Positions 40,672-54,656 of a stretch of 64,000 nucleotides of DNA are shown in pieces (position 1 is the first letter of the stretch; each line of letters opens with the position of its first letter). The DNA comes from Eledone cirrhosa (Eukaryota): contig OZ024748.1 in the NCBI GenBank assembly GCA_964016885.1, forward strand, positions 49,476,001 to 49,540,000. The letters are read 5' to 3'. The position numbers and the translations under genes are program-made. Under the pieces are notes generated by a model. That model had not been told where the DNA came from and did no database searches. It worked only from the letters and a program-made list of their open reading frames with translations.

Positions 40672-40922
40672 TACACATACAAATACACATAACATATACA
40701 TACAGATATATACACATACATACATGTACACACACACAGAAATATATACGCATACATACATACACACATACATATAAAGTCATACACATACATACATCTA
40801 CACGAACATACACATACACATATATAAAGATATATATACACACACACACACGCACGCAACACATACACACATACACATATATATAAAAAATAAATAATAA
40901 AGATATATACATATATATATAT

Positions 40923-40975
<53 letters not shown>

Positions 40976-41335
40976 CACCCAAATATACATACACATACAT
41001 ACATACATAGACATACATGTACATACATATACGTACATCGATATACATATATATATATACATACACACATAGACATATACATACATACACACACAACTTA
41101 CATACACACATATATATACATGTATATTCATACATAGAATTAGAAATATAATCATACATACATATGCACTTACTTATACTCATATATACAAATACATACG
41201 CATCCATTTATGCGTATATACATAAAAAACACTACAACCTTACCTAACTCAGGCATACAAATAAAATATTAATAAAAAGGCATATGTATATACATACACA
41301 CCCGCATTAATAGAGATATATATATATACACACAT

Positions 41336-41383
<48 letters not shown>

Positions 41384-41411
41384 ATATATATATACACACA
41401 TACACTCATAC

Positions 41412-41444
<33 letters not shown>

Positions 41445-41518
41445 CAAAGATACCTACACATTCATACCACCATAAATACACATACAAACACCCACATATA
41501 CATATATATACACACACG

Positions 41519-41556
<38 letters not shown>

Positions 41557-41675
41557 AAAAACAGACATGCACATATATATATTTTTTTTTCTACACTTAT
41601 ATATAGACATATTATATACATATACATAACTTCACTTATACACACATACACATAAGTTATATTATAATAATAAAA

Positions 41676-41713
<38 letters not shown>

Positions 41714-41837
41714 CAAATATATATATATACATACCTACATACATATATATATATATATATACATATATATATACATACAAACACATACATACACATATAC
41801 ACACATATGAATATAGATATATATTCACACATAGACA

Positions 41838-41887
<50 letters not shown>

Positions 41888-43097
41888 TACATATACACAG
41901 ACACATATACACACTCACATATATATATATATCTCTGTGTGCATGCACACACACATATATACATACATACACATATATATACACATAAACACATATATGT
42001 GCATACATGCACATACACACACATATATCACATAGATACGGAGATAGACATATAAATAGAGAGACATACATATATATACAACACACATACACACACATAC
42101 ATACACACGCATATACATATACATATATATATACATATACATATTCCTATATATACACATAACATATATATATACACATATATACACATACATACACATA
42201 TACGTACACACATTCACATACACATACATATATAGATGCATATATACACACATATACATACATACACACACTCATATATACACACACAATCTTACATTCA
42301 TATTTGCATGCACATATATGTATTTTTATATTTAGATATAAATACCCAAACCTATATAGACACCTACCTACATATATATTCATACATAGATGCTTACAAA
42401 TACAGATGATAATAGTATGGGGGAAAGGGGGGGTTTGGAGAAGGGGATCAAAGTAAATATATGTTTCAAGAAACATAGAAAATTTTCCGTATCTTTATCC
42501 AATGTATGTTTTTTTTACATATTTTTCAGTGTTATGAAATACAACAAATAAAAACTAAGGCAAAATCTATGCATCTCAAAATAAACAAGTATACCATTAA
42601 CTATATGTTAACTAAACCAAAGATAGTTAACATATTGATTTCTAAGGTGTAAATTAGTTAGGTTTATAATATTTGAAGCAGAATTTTGAAGTTAAATAGT
42701 AGTAGAGTATTAATTACAGTATAACTAAATTAAAGTTAATAACGTTATGGTATCAATATTAGGAAATGAAATTAGTAATAGGGAAAAAACAAATAAAATA
42801 AAGTAGTACATCGGTAGTAGAATATAAATTATAGGTTAACTAAATTAAAAATTATATATTTATTTCTATAGTATATGTTAATTAGGTATACAATACATAA
42901 AGCAGATATTGTATTTCATCAATAGCATAATATAATTATATGCAAATAGAAATCAAAATTAATACGCATACATATACATATACATACACATACACATATA
43001 CACACATATACACACAAATATATATATATATATATATACATATATATACATATACATACACACACACATACACATACACATATACATATACATATCT

Positions 43098-44253
43098 TTT
43101 TCAAAAAATTGCATAGAATATATTAACTAGGTATATATCCAAAACACATCGCATTCTATGATTACATGACATTCTGCAATTCGTCTGTATAAGGATACTA
43201 ATATTAAGCAAATTAAAATTAAATTTTTAGGTTGATTAAAACTAAAACCAAATTATAAATATATTTCTAAAATGTATATTAATTAGGTCAATAATACTAA
43301 AAATTATTTTTCTGTCATTGGATACACGATATTATTTTGTTATATTTTATCTGTAAAAGAATTATAATAAAAATAATAAAAGGTTTAAATAAATTAAAAT
43401 TAATCTATAAATTAAATTACTAAGTATATATTAGTAATATTTAAAGGTTTTTCACAATTTATGATTACATAATATTTTATATTCTGATCTGTAATAAAAT
43501 TTTAATTAAATTAAATATATAGGTTAACTAACATTTAAATTAAATTAATTTCTAAAATAATGTTGTTAATTAGGTTTATAATATTTAAATGTTTTTTTTA
43601 GTTTATGATTACACGATATAATTAATTCCTGTCGTTTATTTAATAAGATATCCTTAGACTTCATTATTTCAAATATTTTCAAAAAATTGCATAGAATATA
43701 TTAACTAGGTATATATCCAAAACACATCGCATTCTATGATTACATGACATTCTGCAATTCGTCTGTATAAGGATACTAATATTAAGCAAATTAAAATTAA
43801 ATTTTTAGGTTGATTAAAACTAAAACCAAATTATAAATATATTTCTAAAATGTATATTAATTAGGTCAATAATACTAAAAATTATTTTTCTGTCATTGGA
43901 TACACGATATTATTTTGTTATATTTTATCTGTAAAAGAATTATAATAAAAATAATAAAAGGTTTAAATAAATTAAAATTAATCTATAAATTAAATTACTA
44001 AGTATATATTAGTAATATTTAAAGGTTTTTCACAATTTATGATTACATAATATTTTATATTCTGATCTGTAATAAAATTTTAATTAAATTAAATATATAG
44101 GTTAACTAACATTTAAATTAAATTAATTTCTAAAATAATGTTGTTAATTAGGTTTATAATATTTAAATGTTTTTTTTAGTTTATGATTACACGATATAAT
44201 TAATTCCTGTCGTTTATTTAATAAGATATCCTTAGACTTCATTATTTCAAATA
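43098..44253. repeat. 578-bp tandem duplication of very AT-rich sequence
   Basis: 43098-43675 and 43676-44253 appear identical by eye. Confidence 0.9.
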
Positions 44254-44923
44254 GTTCTTGGGAACTATGTGTATGTGTGTATATTTATTTTCTTGATATA
44301 TTTCTTTTTTCTTTTTTCTTTTTTCTTTTTTCTGTTTTTCTTTCTATTCTTTCCTCCTTAATGTTTTATTTATTATGTTTTATTTGTTTTATTTTTCTTA
44401 GTTTATAGATACATTTATATTAGGCAGTCTGTTCAGACCGTTGAATACTGACCCCTCCCCCCCCCTCCCACCTAATTTCTGTATCTTGATCTGAAAATGT
44501 GTATGCCAGTGTTTTATGTGAGTGAATTAATATCCATGTGCTTATGATTTTATATCCACATATATAAATGTGAGTGGGGGTGTGTGTGTGTTTGTATGTT
44601 CGTGGTTATGTGTATATTTATGCATATACGCGCGTGTATGTGTGATTGTACGGATATGTGTGAGTATGAAAAAATATATTTATATACTTAACTTCATAAG
44701 TGTCAATAACTCACAGAGACATTAACCTTGAAATTTTGTATTTGCATCCATCTTTTTAGTATGCGTATACAATTTATACATACATTTTTGTAAAATATGT
44801 GTAAGGGTTTTACATGTATATACACACACCGAACTGCATTTAACCCTTTGTGTTTTCATTGGTCAATTTTTGTTCCCAAACGGACCTGAAATTTTGAATT
44901 GTTGTTATTATCAATAAATATAC

Positions 44924-45078
44924 TTCATTATTTCTGAAGACGGCGTATATATGTGTTTGGTATGTATATTTAATCTTGATAATTTGTATAATTTTGTATA
45001 ATTTTGTACATAGATCTGTTGAATATGCATACCAATTCTAACACATATATATCCTAGAAACGATCGTTAAATAATGAA
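44924..45078 (+). ncRNA. Type I HHR with ~115-nt stem II (mirror copy at 39112-39266 on -)
   Basis: uucauuauuu-CUGAAGA-[long hairpin]-GAAAC-GAUC-GUU-aaauaaugaa. 10-bp stem I. Confidence 0.8.
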
Positions 45079-45619
45079 CTTTTTTTGTTTAATATAAGGA
45101 ATTGTTTATTCATTATTTGTTTAATATTTTATATGTATGTATATATATATTATTATTATTATTATTATTAATACCAGACCGATGATCGTTCGTTGGTTTA
45201 ATTAAAAACGGATTTTATATGCTTCATTTTATATGACAGGTGTGTTGAACAAAGAGTTGGTGGGAATTATACACCTGCTAAAATGGAAGCGAATTTGACA
45301 AGAATGCTGGTAACGGTGGTTAGAAGGAACCATTGCACTGTATTAAATTGAATTAGCTGCCACGAAAAGAACTTTGTTTAAGGCTCTTTCGATTACGACC
45401 ATGAGTTTGCATCTGGAAAAGTCCTTTTCAAGGTGCAAGCTCGTGGTAAAGTGTTATGGAAGACCAGCAGTAGTCCGTGCTGGCCAGTCACTCCTCTCCA
45501 CGCCACCAATGTTGCCCAAGGGAAAGACAAAGAGCGATATAGTGTGGCACCAGTGCCATCACAACCCCCCCCTCCAGCTGACTGGACAGGAACAACCTGA
45601 AATAAAGTATGTATGTATG

Positions 45620-45781
45620 TAGGAGAAGGAAAACTCTGATATAACACCTGAGATGACCCCTTAGCCTTTGTCAAGGCAGAATTCTAGGAGAAGGAAAACT
45701 CTGATATAACACCTGAGATGACCCCTTAGCCTTTGTCAAGGCAGAATTCTAGGAGAAGGAAAACTCTGATATAACACCTGC
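45620..45781 (+). repeat. 65-bp tandem repeat (2.5 units) of an RTE-type 5' UTR motif
   Basis: Unit begins taggagaaggaaaactctgatataacacctg. Confidence 0.7.
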
Positions 45782-46289
45782 AACCCTGATGGTATCCAAT
45801 GATGTTGACTTGTTCTTCTTTTTGGTAAATATCATCTTGGTTAAGAGAGTGGGACTGGCTTTGTGCAGTGCCTTTGCTCACTATAAAAGCTTCCTGGCAC
45901 AGGCATTGCTTTATATATGGAGATCTCTCTGCACTTGTCGTCACATGGTACCATGGGCCCAGCACTATGTGTCAATAATTGTCACAAGTATAGTGGCTGA
46001 ACTAAAAAGTCACACTCGTTCAGCGCATCGGTAGGGGTTCTCCTACATGGATATAAAGTAGTGGCCGTACTCGAAAACGAGTTGGCAGCCACCATGTATG
46101 TATGTATGTATGTATGCATGTATGTATGTATGTATGTATGTATGTATGTATGTATGTATGTATGTATGCATGCATGCATTTGGCGTGGAATGGGCTCCAT
46201 AATTTTGAGGACAGACGCATAGAGCACGAGGTGATGATGATGGCTGCAACTTGATTTCGAGTAATGCCATCGCTTGATACTTAAGCATG

Positions 46290-46720
46290 AACATTGCGTA
46301 AGCAATACCCTGGTGTATCTCTCGGAACGATCTGTGTCTCCATTGAATTGGTGTGCCCTGGGTGTGGAAAGATTTGCTTGAGCAAATCTGGTCTCAGGAG
46401 CCACAGTCGCAGCCATATTGAAAGAGAACCAGTGAACTATGACCTCCGCGGTATTGTGAAGGTTCACGGGCAACCTGATGCAAGACCTGGGGCCAGGGAG
46501 ATCCATAGTTGTCGTCAGTGTGTGAAGGAGTGCAAGTCTCTAGCAGGCTTGAAAAGCCATATCCGAGCGTCACACATCTGAATCTGACAAGCGATTGCAA
46601 TACTCTTGGCAGAGTTTGCAGCCATCATGTATGTATGTATGTATGTATGTATGTATGTATGTATGTATGTATGTATGTATGTATGTATGTATGTATGTAT
46701 GTATGTATGTATGCATGTAT
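46290..46720 (+). mobile_element. LINE (RTE/BovB-like) 3' end with two C2H2 fingers and an (ATGT)n tail
   Basis: CPGCGKICLSKSGLRSHSRSH and CRQCVKECKSLAGLKSHIRASH. The 3' end ..gagtttgcagccatc(atgt)n is also seen at 46060-46170 and 32212-32252. Confidence 0.7.
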
Positions 46721-47361
46721 GCACGTATTTATGTATGCATGTATGCATGTATGCACGTATGCATGAATGCACGTATTTATGTATGTATGTGCATGTATGT
46801 ATGATTCTATGTATGTGTGTATGTATATATATATATATGTATGTTTGTATGTATGTTTGTCTGTATATACGTATGCATGTATGTATGCATGTATGTATGC
46901 ATGTATGTATGCATGTATGTATGATGCTATGTATGTGTGTATGTATATATATATATATGTATGTATGTTTGTCTGTATATATATGTATGCATGTATGTAT
47001 GCATGTATGTATGATTCTATGTAAGTGTGTATGTATATATTTATATATATATATGTGTATGTTTGTATGTATGTTTGTCTGTATATATATGTATGCATGT
47101 ATGTATGCATGTATGTATGATTCTATGTATGTGTGTATGTATATATATATATATATGTGTATGTTTGTATGTATGTTTGTCTGTATATACGTATGTATGT
47201 ATGATTCTATGTATGTGTGTATGTATATATATATATATATATGTGTATGTTTGTATGTATGTTTGTCTGTATATACGTATGCATGTATGTATGCATGTAT
47301 GTATGATTCTATGTATGTGTGTATATATATGTATGTGTGTATATATATATATATATATTGC

Positions 47362-47556
47362 ACTCAGTGCTCCTTTGGGAGCCCCTACATGGACACACTA
47401 GAAGAGGAAGACCAGGGTTAACGTATGTTGATGCCCTAAGGACAGACACTGGTCTGTTGGAGACGCAGGACATGGCAGCGATAATGAGGGACAGAGACCG
47501 CTGGAGAGAACCGGTCCATGGATCTCGGGAATTTTACCCGCCTTAGATAGATAGAT
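47362..47556 (+). mobile_element. LINE 3' end with a (TAGA)n tail
   Basis: VLLWEPLHGHTRRGRPGLTYVDALRTDTG...MRDRDRWRE. Confidence 0.75.
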
Positions 47557-47779
47557 ATGTATGTTTGTATGTATGTTTGTCTGTATATATGTATGCATGT
47601 ATGTATGCATGTATATATGTATGCATGTATGTATGCATGTATGCATGTATGTCTGTATGCATGTACGTATAAATGTATGTATGTATGTATGTATGTATGT
47701 ATGTATGTATGTATGTATGTATGTATGTATGTATGTCATGCATGTAATATATGTGCGCTCGTGTCCGTTTCTGTGTTTC

Positions 47780-48290
47780 TTATAACTGTAAAAACAAAAC
47801 ATGCTTCTTCATTGACACGAGCGTTCTATCAGATCATATCTCCTGGAAAGATGGCTGAAAGCTCAGTAAATATAAAGATCCGATAAATGAAATTGAGAAT
47901 ATGTGGCATCTTAAAGCCTGTACAATAGCATTGATTGTCCATGCAAAGGGCAGTGGATTGGTAGTATCGGGAGAGCGTCGGACACCATACTTTGCATCAT
48001 AGAGTTACGGCCCTTTTACTATCTGAGTTCAAATCCCGCCGCGGTTTGCATTGCCTTTCATCCTTACGGGGTCGATAAAATAAAGCACCAGTAATGCACT
48101 GGGGTTGATTTAATCGACTTTCCCCTCTCCCCAAAATTACTGGTCTTGTGCCTATAGTAGAAATCATTGATAGTCCAAGCACTTGAATGGTAAAAACAGG
48201 GACAAAAAAGTTTTGGGACCAGATAATAGGAAAGCCATCTCTGCAAGAGATACAGAAAATGTACTGACTGGCACATGTTTATGTCCTTAT
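47780..48290 (+). pseudogene. R4/Dong-like RLE endonuclease fragment interrupted by SINE A (47949-48165)
   Basis: CFFIDTSV..DH...KLSKYKD..EIENMW.LK, then IGKPSLQEIQK. TSD cattgattgtccatgca/cattgatagtccaagca. Confidence 0.7.
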
Positions 48291-48293
48291 GGT

Positions 48294-48708
48294 ATTATTT
48301 CTATGACAGGGCGGTGAATTGGCAGTATCGGCAGAGGGTTGGACGCCATGCTTTCTAGCATAGTTACGTCCCTTTACAGTCTGAGTTCAAATCCCGCCGA
48401 GGTTAACTTTGCCTTTCATCCTTACGGGGTCGAGAAAATAAAGTACCAGTAATGTACTGGTTAATTTGCTGGCCTTGTGCCTAGAGTAGAAACAATTATT
48501 TCTATGACAGGGCGGTGGATTGGCAGTATCGGTAGAGGGTCGGACGCCATGCTTTCCAGCATAGTTACGTCCCTTTACGGACTGAGTTCAAATCCCGCCG
48601 AGGTTGACTTTGCCTTTCATCCTTACGGGGTCGAGAAAATAAAGTACCAGTAATGCACTGAGTAATTGCTAGCCTTGTGCCTAAAGTAGAAACAATTATT
48701 TCTATGAC
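48294..48708 (+). mobile_element. Tandem SINE A dimer with a triplicated TSD
   Basis: attatttctatgaca occurs before, between and after two full copies. Confidence 0.9.
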
Positions 48709-48914
48709 AATTGGTTGTTAAATGTGTGTTACCAAATTTTACCTCAGGTGCCAGGTCGACTTACAACAAGTTATGAGGGGAGGAAGCAGAATTCAAATAA
48801 AGTTTCTTATAATAACAAAATATAAGCTGGATTTGTTGAAATTCCATAGCTATTGACAACACAATACATAATTACTCTAACATATATTTGTCTTATATTT
48901 GTCTCGAACCCGGA

Positions 48915-49175
48915 ATTTCATCAGACCGGTGCTTATCCCGGTTTCCCTCGCGTGAAACGACCGAGAATATAAGACACTCCTCTGGAGAAGACACCAGTTA
49001 ATGGATGGGTTAAACCATCAGCTACTACTGTTGGTACCCATTTTCAGCTGCGTATACTGAGGCAACGTGAAATGAAGTTTTTGCTCAAGAACACAACAGA
49101 TATCACAGTCCAGGAATCGAACCCACAACATTATGATTTTAAGTCCAACAGATTTACCACTAGGCCGCACGCCTC
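48915..49175 (-). mobile_element. SINE family B
   Basis: ggcctagtggta A box, ggttcgattcc B box, gttcttgagcaaaa core. Confidence 0.75.
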
Positions 49176-49284
49176 GACACATATTTGTAAAATCACATAA
49201 TTTTGTTGAAGAAGTAATTTATCTGTAGATGGATAAACGAGAAAGAAAATGGAATTAATTTATTTTTCTTCAGCACCAAACAAA

Positions 49285-49466
49285 TAATTGTTTCTACTTT
49301 AGGCACAAGGCCAGCATATCCCAGTGCATTACTGGTACTTTATTTTATCGACCCCGTAAGGATGAAAGGCAAAGTTAACCTCGGCGGGATTTGAACTCAG
49401 ACCATAAAGGGCCGTAACTCTTTGCTGCAAAGCATGGCGTCCGACTCTCTATCGATACTGCCAATC
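49285..49466 (-). mobile_element. SINE A with TSD ccaaacaaataat
   Basis: Consensus match plus flanking direct repeat. Confidence 0.9.
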
Positions 49467-50429
49467 CCAAACAAATAATATCACCATCGTTACACTGATA
49501 TATAATTATTGTATTATTGTAGCTTTCGAATTTGTATATCATTAATTATTATTATCAACATTTTGATACATTAAATTAATATTTCCTTCTATACAAGGTT
49601 ATTAATAATAGTTTTCCTCTTTGTTTTCCTCGTTTTAACTTGTGAAGATATGTGACTTAGAGAATTGGATTTGCAATTGTGAGATTGCGAATTCGATTCG
49701 CAGACTGGGCGATGCGTTATGTCCTTGAGTAAGACACTTTATTTCTCTTTCTGCCAAGAAGTATCATCAATGGAAACACTTTCCTTCTCACTAAGCGAAT
49801 GAGGTCTTGGATCTTGTGGATCCATTCGATCGAATATTTACAGCCCTAGAGTAGAATCGGATAAAGGGCTTTGCAGTATTTTGTTTCAGCTTTCTACATT
49901 CTAAGTTTAAATCCCGCCGAAGTCAACTATGCCTTTCATCTTTCTGGAGCCAATAAAATAAAGTACCAGTTAAGTACTGGGGTCGATATAATCGACTTTC
50001 CTCTACTCCCAAATTGTTGGTGTTCTGCCTTAACCAGAACCCATTATTGTACAACGAAAGGCTATTGTGACCTCCATAGAACAAGATAATGACATAAACA
50101 ATAATAGTAGATTTAATCTGAGAGCAAAAGAAATATATTACCGATAACAAATATATATTGTGACACTAATGTCACAATATACTTGGGTTAATGTAGGTGA
50201 TCACAATGTCAAAATATGAGGTTGTTAACAAAAGTGTGACCCACTGAAATGATTAAAAATAAAAAAAATTATGAAAAGATTTCTGCAGTTGGGGACTTGG
50301 GTTTTCCTCGTTTTTACTTGTGAAGATATGTGGCTTAGTGGTTAGAGAATTGGATTTGCAATTGTGATAAAAAAAATTTTTAGAGTAACATTTTCAGTTA
50401 TCCTTGAATTTCACTTTATTCCTTACATC

Positions 50430-50775
50430 TACAATCGGTCGTCCATTTTAAAACCACCATCTGGCCCTGTTTGTTTAACGGAGTACACCTTGTAAGAAAA
50501 ATTAATAAAGGGAAAACAAAGGGACGGAGGAAATATGGAGAGAGGGGAGAACCCTACACCACACCTTTGACCGGGAAGTATTTCCCATCTGCCACCCGAG
50601 CACATGATGGCGAAAGCGTTTCTGTGGAGAATAGCCAGCGATGCCCGTTGCATCAGCCATTGCACATCGCAAATTTCCTTCTTTAGTCGTGATGCCCATG
50701 TTCTGATTTGGCGAAAGAAAACAACAGTCCTGAAATCGAAGGCCCTGGCGGTCTCAATGATGAGCTCCGGTATAA
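50430..50775 (-). pseudogene. CRE-type RLE C-terminus, second copy
   Basis: IIETARAF..., QWLMQRASLAILHRNAFAI, followed by a CT-rich 3' UTR. Confidence 0.65.
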
Positions 50776-51176
50776 ATATGATTTAGTTAAATGGTAAGTT
50801 ATTGAAGAATTACGCTTTTGAAATATTTCAATTATGACGTAATAATGGTCACATTTTCTTAAAAAAACCGCGATCTTGTATATTTTCATTCCTTATCTTC
50901 AATGCTTCTATAGGCAATAACATATATTGCAATTATATAGACTGTGTCATGTCTATTAAATCCAAGGTATCATTAAAATATTACATCAACCGGTATAATA
51001 GATAGAGAGTGAAATTAGTTTCCTATCACCGAATACACTTTTGACTTTCTATAATCAAGAAACTCATGGACATTTAAAGAACTATATCGTGTGATATCCG
51101 GGTAAGGCGTTTCTCTTAGTGCATGCGTATATAATCGCGTACACACACACGAAGACATTTCTCACAAAAGTACATT

Positions 51177-51208
<32 letters not shown>

Positions 51209-51569
51209 CATACACACACGCACACACACACACACATTACATATATATATATATATATATTATACGAAAAGTAATCGGATAACAACACAGCAAACAGTAC
51301 AGTACAATAAATACATATATTAGTTTAACGCTTGTTGTAATTGGAAAAGAGTCTTAACGTTTCGGACGTTCAATACTGGTAGGAACAGTGTAGAGATATT
51401 TTCTAAGTAGAAAAGTGGCAACGACTTGAAGTTTCAGCTTTGTGGCTTCATCTAGTTGTTTGAGATACACCTACACATTATATATAATTATGCATATAAT
51501 CATATGTGTGGCTATTTGGCTGTGCGTAGCTGTGATAAGCTTATATATGTGTTTATGGAAAGATATAAA

Positions 51570-51905
51570 ACGATGCCAGTGGCTGACCGGATGGAGACAG
51601 AAGGAGCTCAAAGACCAAACCAGTCCTGCATGGAAGGACGGTAACACCAACGCTTCTAAAGTAGAAGACATTGTACTCCGTCGCCCAATTTTGCGCTCTC
51701 GATTTCGGAAAGGGACTGAAGATAAGGATAAGCAAGGCACTGAGAAACGAGAAGAGAAGCAAACCCGAACGGTTACATTTGGTCCCTCGCACCAAACGTT
51801 TATATGTCTCATCTGCAACCGAACCTGTACATCAAAGATTGGAATGTACAGTCATCAAATGACCCACAAGTGAAGATATAGTCATCGGGTTCTATGGACA
51901 TTCAT
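51570..51905 (+). mobile_element. RTE/BovB-like LINE 3' end with a C2H2 finger
   Basis: FICLICNRTCTSKIGMYSHQMTH*. Confidence 0.7.
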
Positions 51906-52169
51906 AAACAAACAGGCAAGGAAGAAAGACATAATAGGTGCATTACATATATATATATATGAATAAATATATATACATATATATATACATATATATACAC
52001 ACACACACACACACACAAATATATATATATATGTATATATATAAGATGCAACAAATGTTCATACTCATCAATTAAGTGTTCTTTTTTCGTGTTTTCCATA
52101 AATTTATTGTCATTTAACAGAACATTATTCTATATTAGTAATATTTTATACAATAGTTGCATTTATTAT

Positions 52170-52768
52170 TACAGAATCAGTACAGCGTCGGACGAAATGA
52201 TTTGTGGCATATAGTTACGTCCCTTTACCATCTGATTTCAAATCCCGCCGAGGTTTGCTTTGATTTTCATCCTTACGGAGTCTATTAAAGTACCAGTAAA
52301 GCACTGGTGTCGATTTAATTGACTAGCCACTTTCCCTTCAAAGTGTTGGCCTTGTGCCTAAATCAGAAACCATTATTATTAGGCGGGGAATTGGCAGTAT
52401 CGGTAGAGCGTCGGACGCCATGCTTTCCACCATAGTTACGTCCCTTTACGATCTGAGTTCAAATCCCGCCGAGGTTAACTTTGCCTTTCATCCTTACGGG
52501 GTCGATAAAATAAAGTACCAGTAATGAACTGGTTAATTGCTGGCCTTGTGCCTAAAGTAGAAACAATTATTATTAGGCGGGGAATTGGCAGTATCGGTAG
52601 AGCGTCGGACGCCATGCTTTCCAGCATAGTTACGTCCCTTTACGGTTTGAGTTCAAATCCAGTCGAGGTTGACTTTGCCTTTCATCCTTACCGGGTCGAT
52701 AAAATAAAGTACCAGTAATGTACTGGATAATTGCTGGCTTTGTGCCTAAAGTAGAAACAATTATTATT
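52170..52768 (+). mobile_element. Three head-to-tail SINE A copies
   Basis: 52170-52378, 52381-52573 and 52575-52768, joined at attattatt tails. Confidence 0.9.
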
Positions 52769-53069
52769 AGAAAGGGATGATGGATTGGCTGAGTCGTTAG
52801 AGCGTCGGACAGAACGGTTTGTGGTAGTTTGTTATGAATTTATACGCTTAAAATTACGTTAAGGACACACGTGTCTGTGGACTGTTAGCTATTTGTAGCT
52901 ATAATTTCCTGAGCTGGCAGTAGCTGTTCCGTTGATCGAACAACTGGATCAGACATCGTCGAAACCGACGGAGGCCCGTTCCAATTCTAATCTTCAGCAT
53001 TGAAGGATGAAACCATATAAAGCAACAATTCATTAAGACTTTTCTTGGTGTTAGAGATATCAACGATCA

Positions 53070-53082
53070 CCGCACACACACA

Positions 53083-53137
<55 letters not shown>

Positions 53138-54460
53138 AGACACACATATACACACATACACAGACACACATAGATACACATCTGTGTGTGTATGTATGCG
53201 TGTGTGTATATGTGTCTGTGTATGTACACAGACACATATATACACACACAGACATATATACACATATACACACAAACACAGACACACATATACACATACA
53301 CACATATACACATACACACACACACACACCATACATACCACACACACCGTATATACCACACACACACACACCATACATACCACACACACACCGTATATAC
53401 CACACACACACACACCATACATACCACACACACACCGTATATACCACACACACACCATACATACCACACACACACCGTATATACCACACACACACACACA
53501 CATACACACACCATACATACCACACACACACCGTATATACCACACACACACACACACCATACATACCACACACACACCGTATATACCACACACACACACA
53601 CCATACATACCACACACACACCGTATATACCACACACACACACATACACACACCATACATACCACACACACACCGTATATACCACACACACACACACACA
53701 CCATACATACCACACACACACCGTATATACCACACACACACACACCATACATACCACACACACACCGTATATACCACACACACACACACATACACACACC
53801 ATACATACCACACACACACCGTATATACCACACACACACACACACCATACATACCACACACACACCGTATATACCACACACACACCATACATACCACACA
53901 CACACCGCACATGTCACACACAACACAGATGACAAACATGACACACGTTACATAGCCATACACACACACATACACACACTCCATATCCACACACATGCAC
54001 ACACACACTACATACACACACACACACACAACATATCTACACACACACAGACACGCTACAATCCACACACACACGCTACATATCCACACACACACACACA
54101 CTCGCTACAATCCACACACACACTACATATCCACACACACACACACGCTACAATCCACACACACACACACACTACATATCCACACACACACACACTACAT
54201 ATCCACATACACACACGCTACAATCCACACAAAAACTACATATCCACACACACACACACACGCTACAATCCACACACACACACGCTACAAATCCACACAC
54301 ACATACACTACAATCCACACACACACTCTACATATCCACATACACACGCTACAATCCACACACACACTCACTACATACCCACACACACACACGCTACAAT
54401 CCACACACACACACACACGCTACAATCCACACACACACACACACCTTACATATACATAAA
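53070..54460. repeat. Compound CA-rich minisatellite
   Basis: Alternating ccatacatac and ccgtatatac blocks separated by (CA)n, then cgctacaatc/ctacatatc blocks. Confidence 0.9.
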
Positions 54461-54556
54461 CTCTCACATATACAATGATGTAGCAGAAAACTAAAATTGA
54501 AAATAAAGATAAAAGATGTTAGAAAGCAACAAGTAATACGAAGGTTGGAGCTGTTA

Positions 54557-54656
54557 AATCCGGCACTCCGTTGACAGGAACTCCATAATCCGGCACTCCG
54601 TCGACAGGAACTCCATAATCCGGCACTCCGTGGACTGGAACGCCATAATCCGGCAC
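54557..54656. repeat. 30-bp tandem repeat (3.3 units)
   Basis: Unit atccggcactccgtYgacaggaactccata. Confidence 0.9.

Larger units (their letters stand above)
39058..45132. mobile_element. 6.1-kb structure bounded by ~866-bp near-identical inverted repeats (39058-39923 and 44267-45132)
   Basis: Arms are reverse complements and each holds an HHR. The left arm extends into a pLTR-like tail to (TA)n at ~38930. Confidence 0.9.

Noticed and set aside
42480-44253. Mitochondrial insertion (NUMT)
   Set aside because: AT-rich, but no mitochondrial tRNA, rRNA or protein motifs were recognised.
46294-46581. Host C2H2 zinc-finger gene
   Set aside because: Two widely spaced fingers without TGEKP linkers, followed directly by a LINE-type 3' tail and microsatellite.
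52987-54494. Long ORFs (up to 436 aa)
   Set aside because: The CA-rich repeat lacks stop codons in most frames. This is a compositional artefact.
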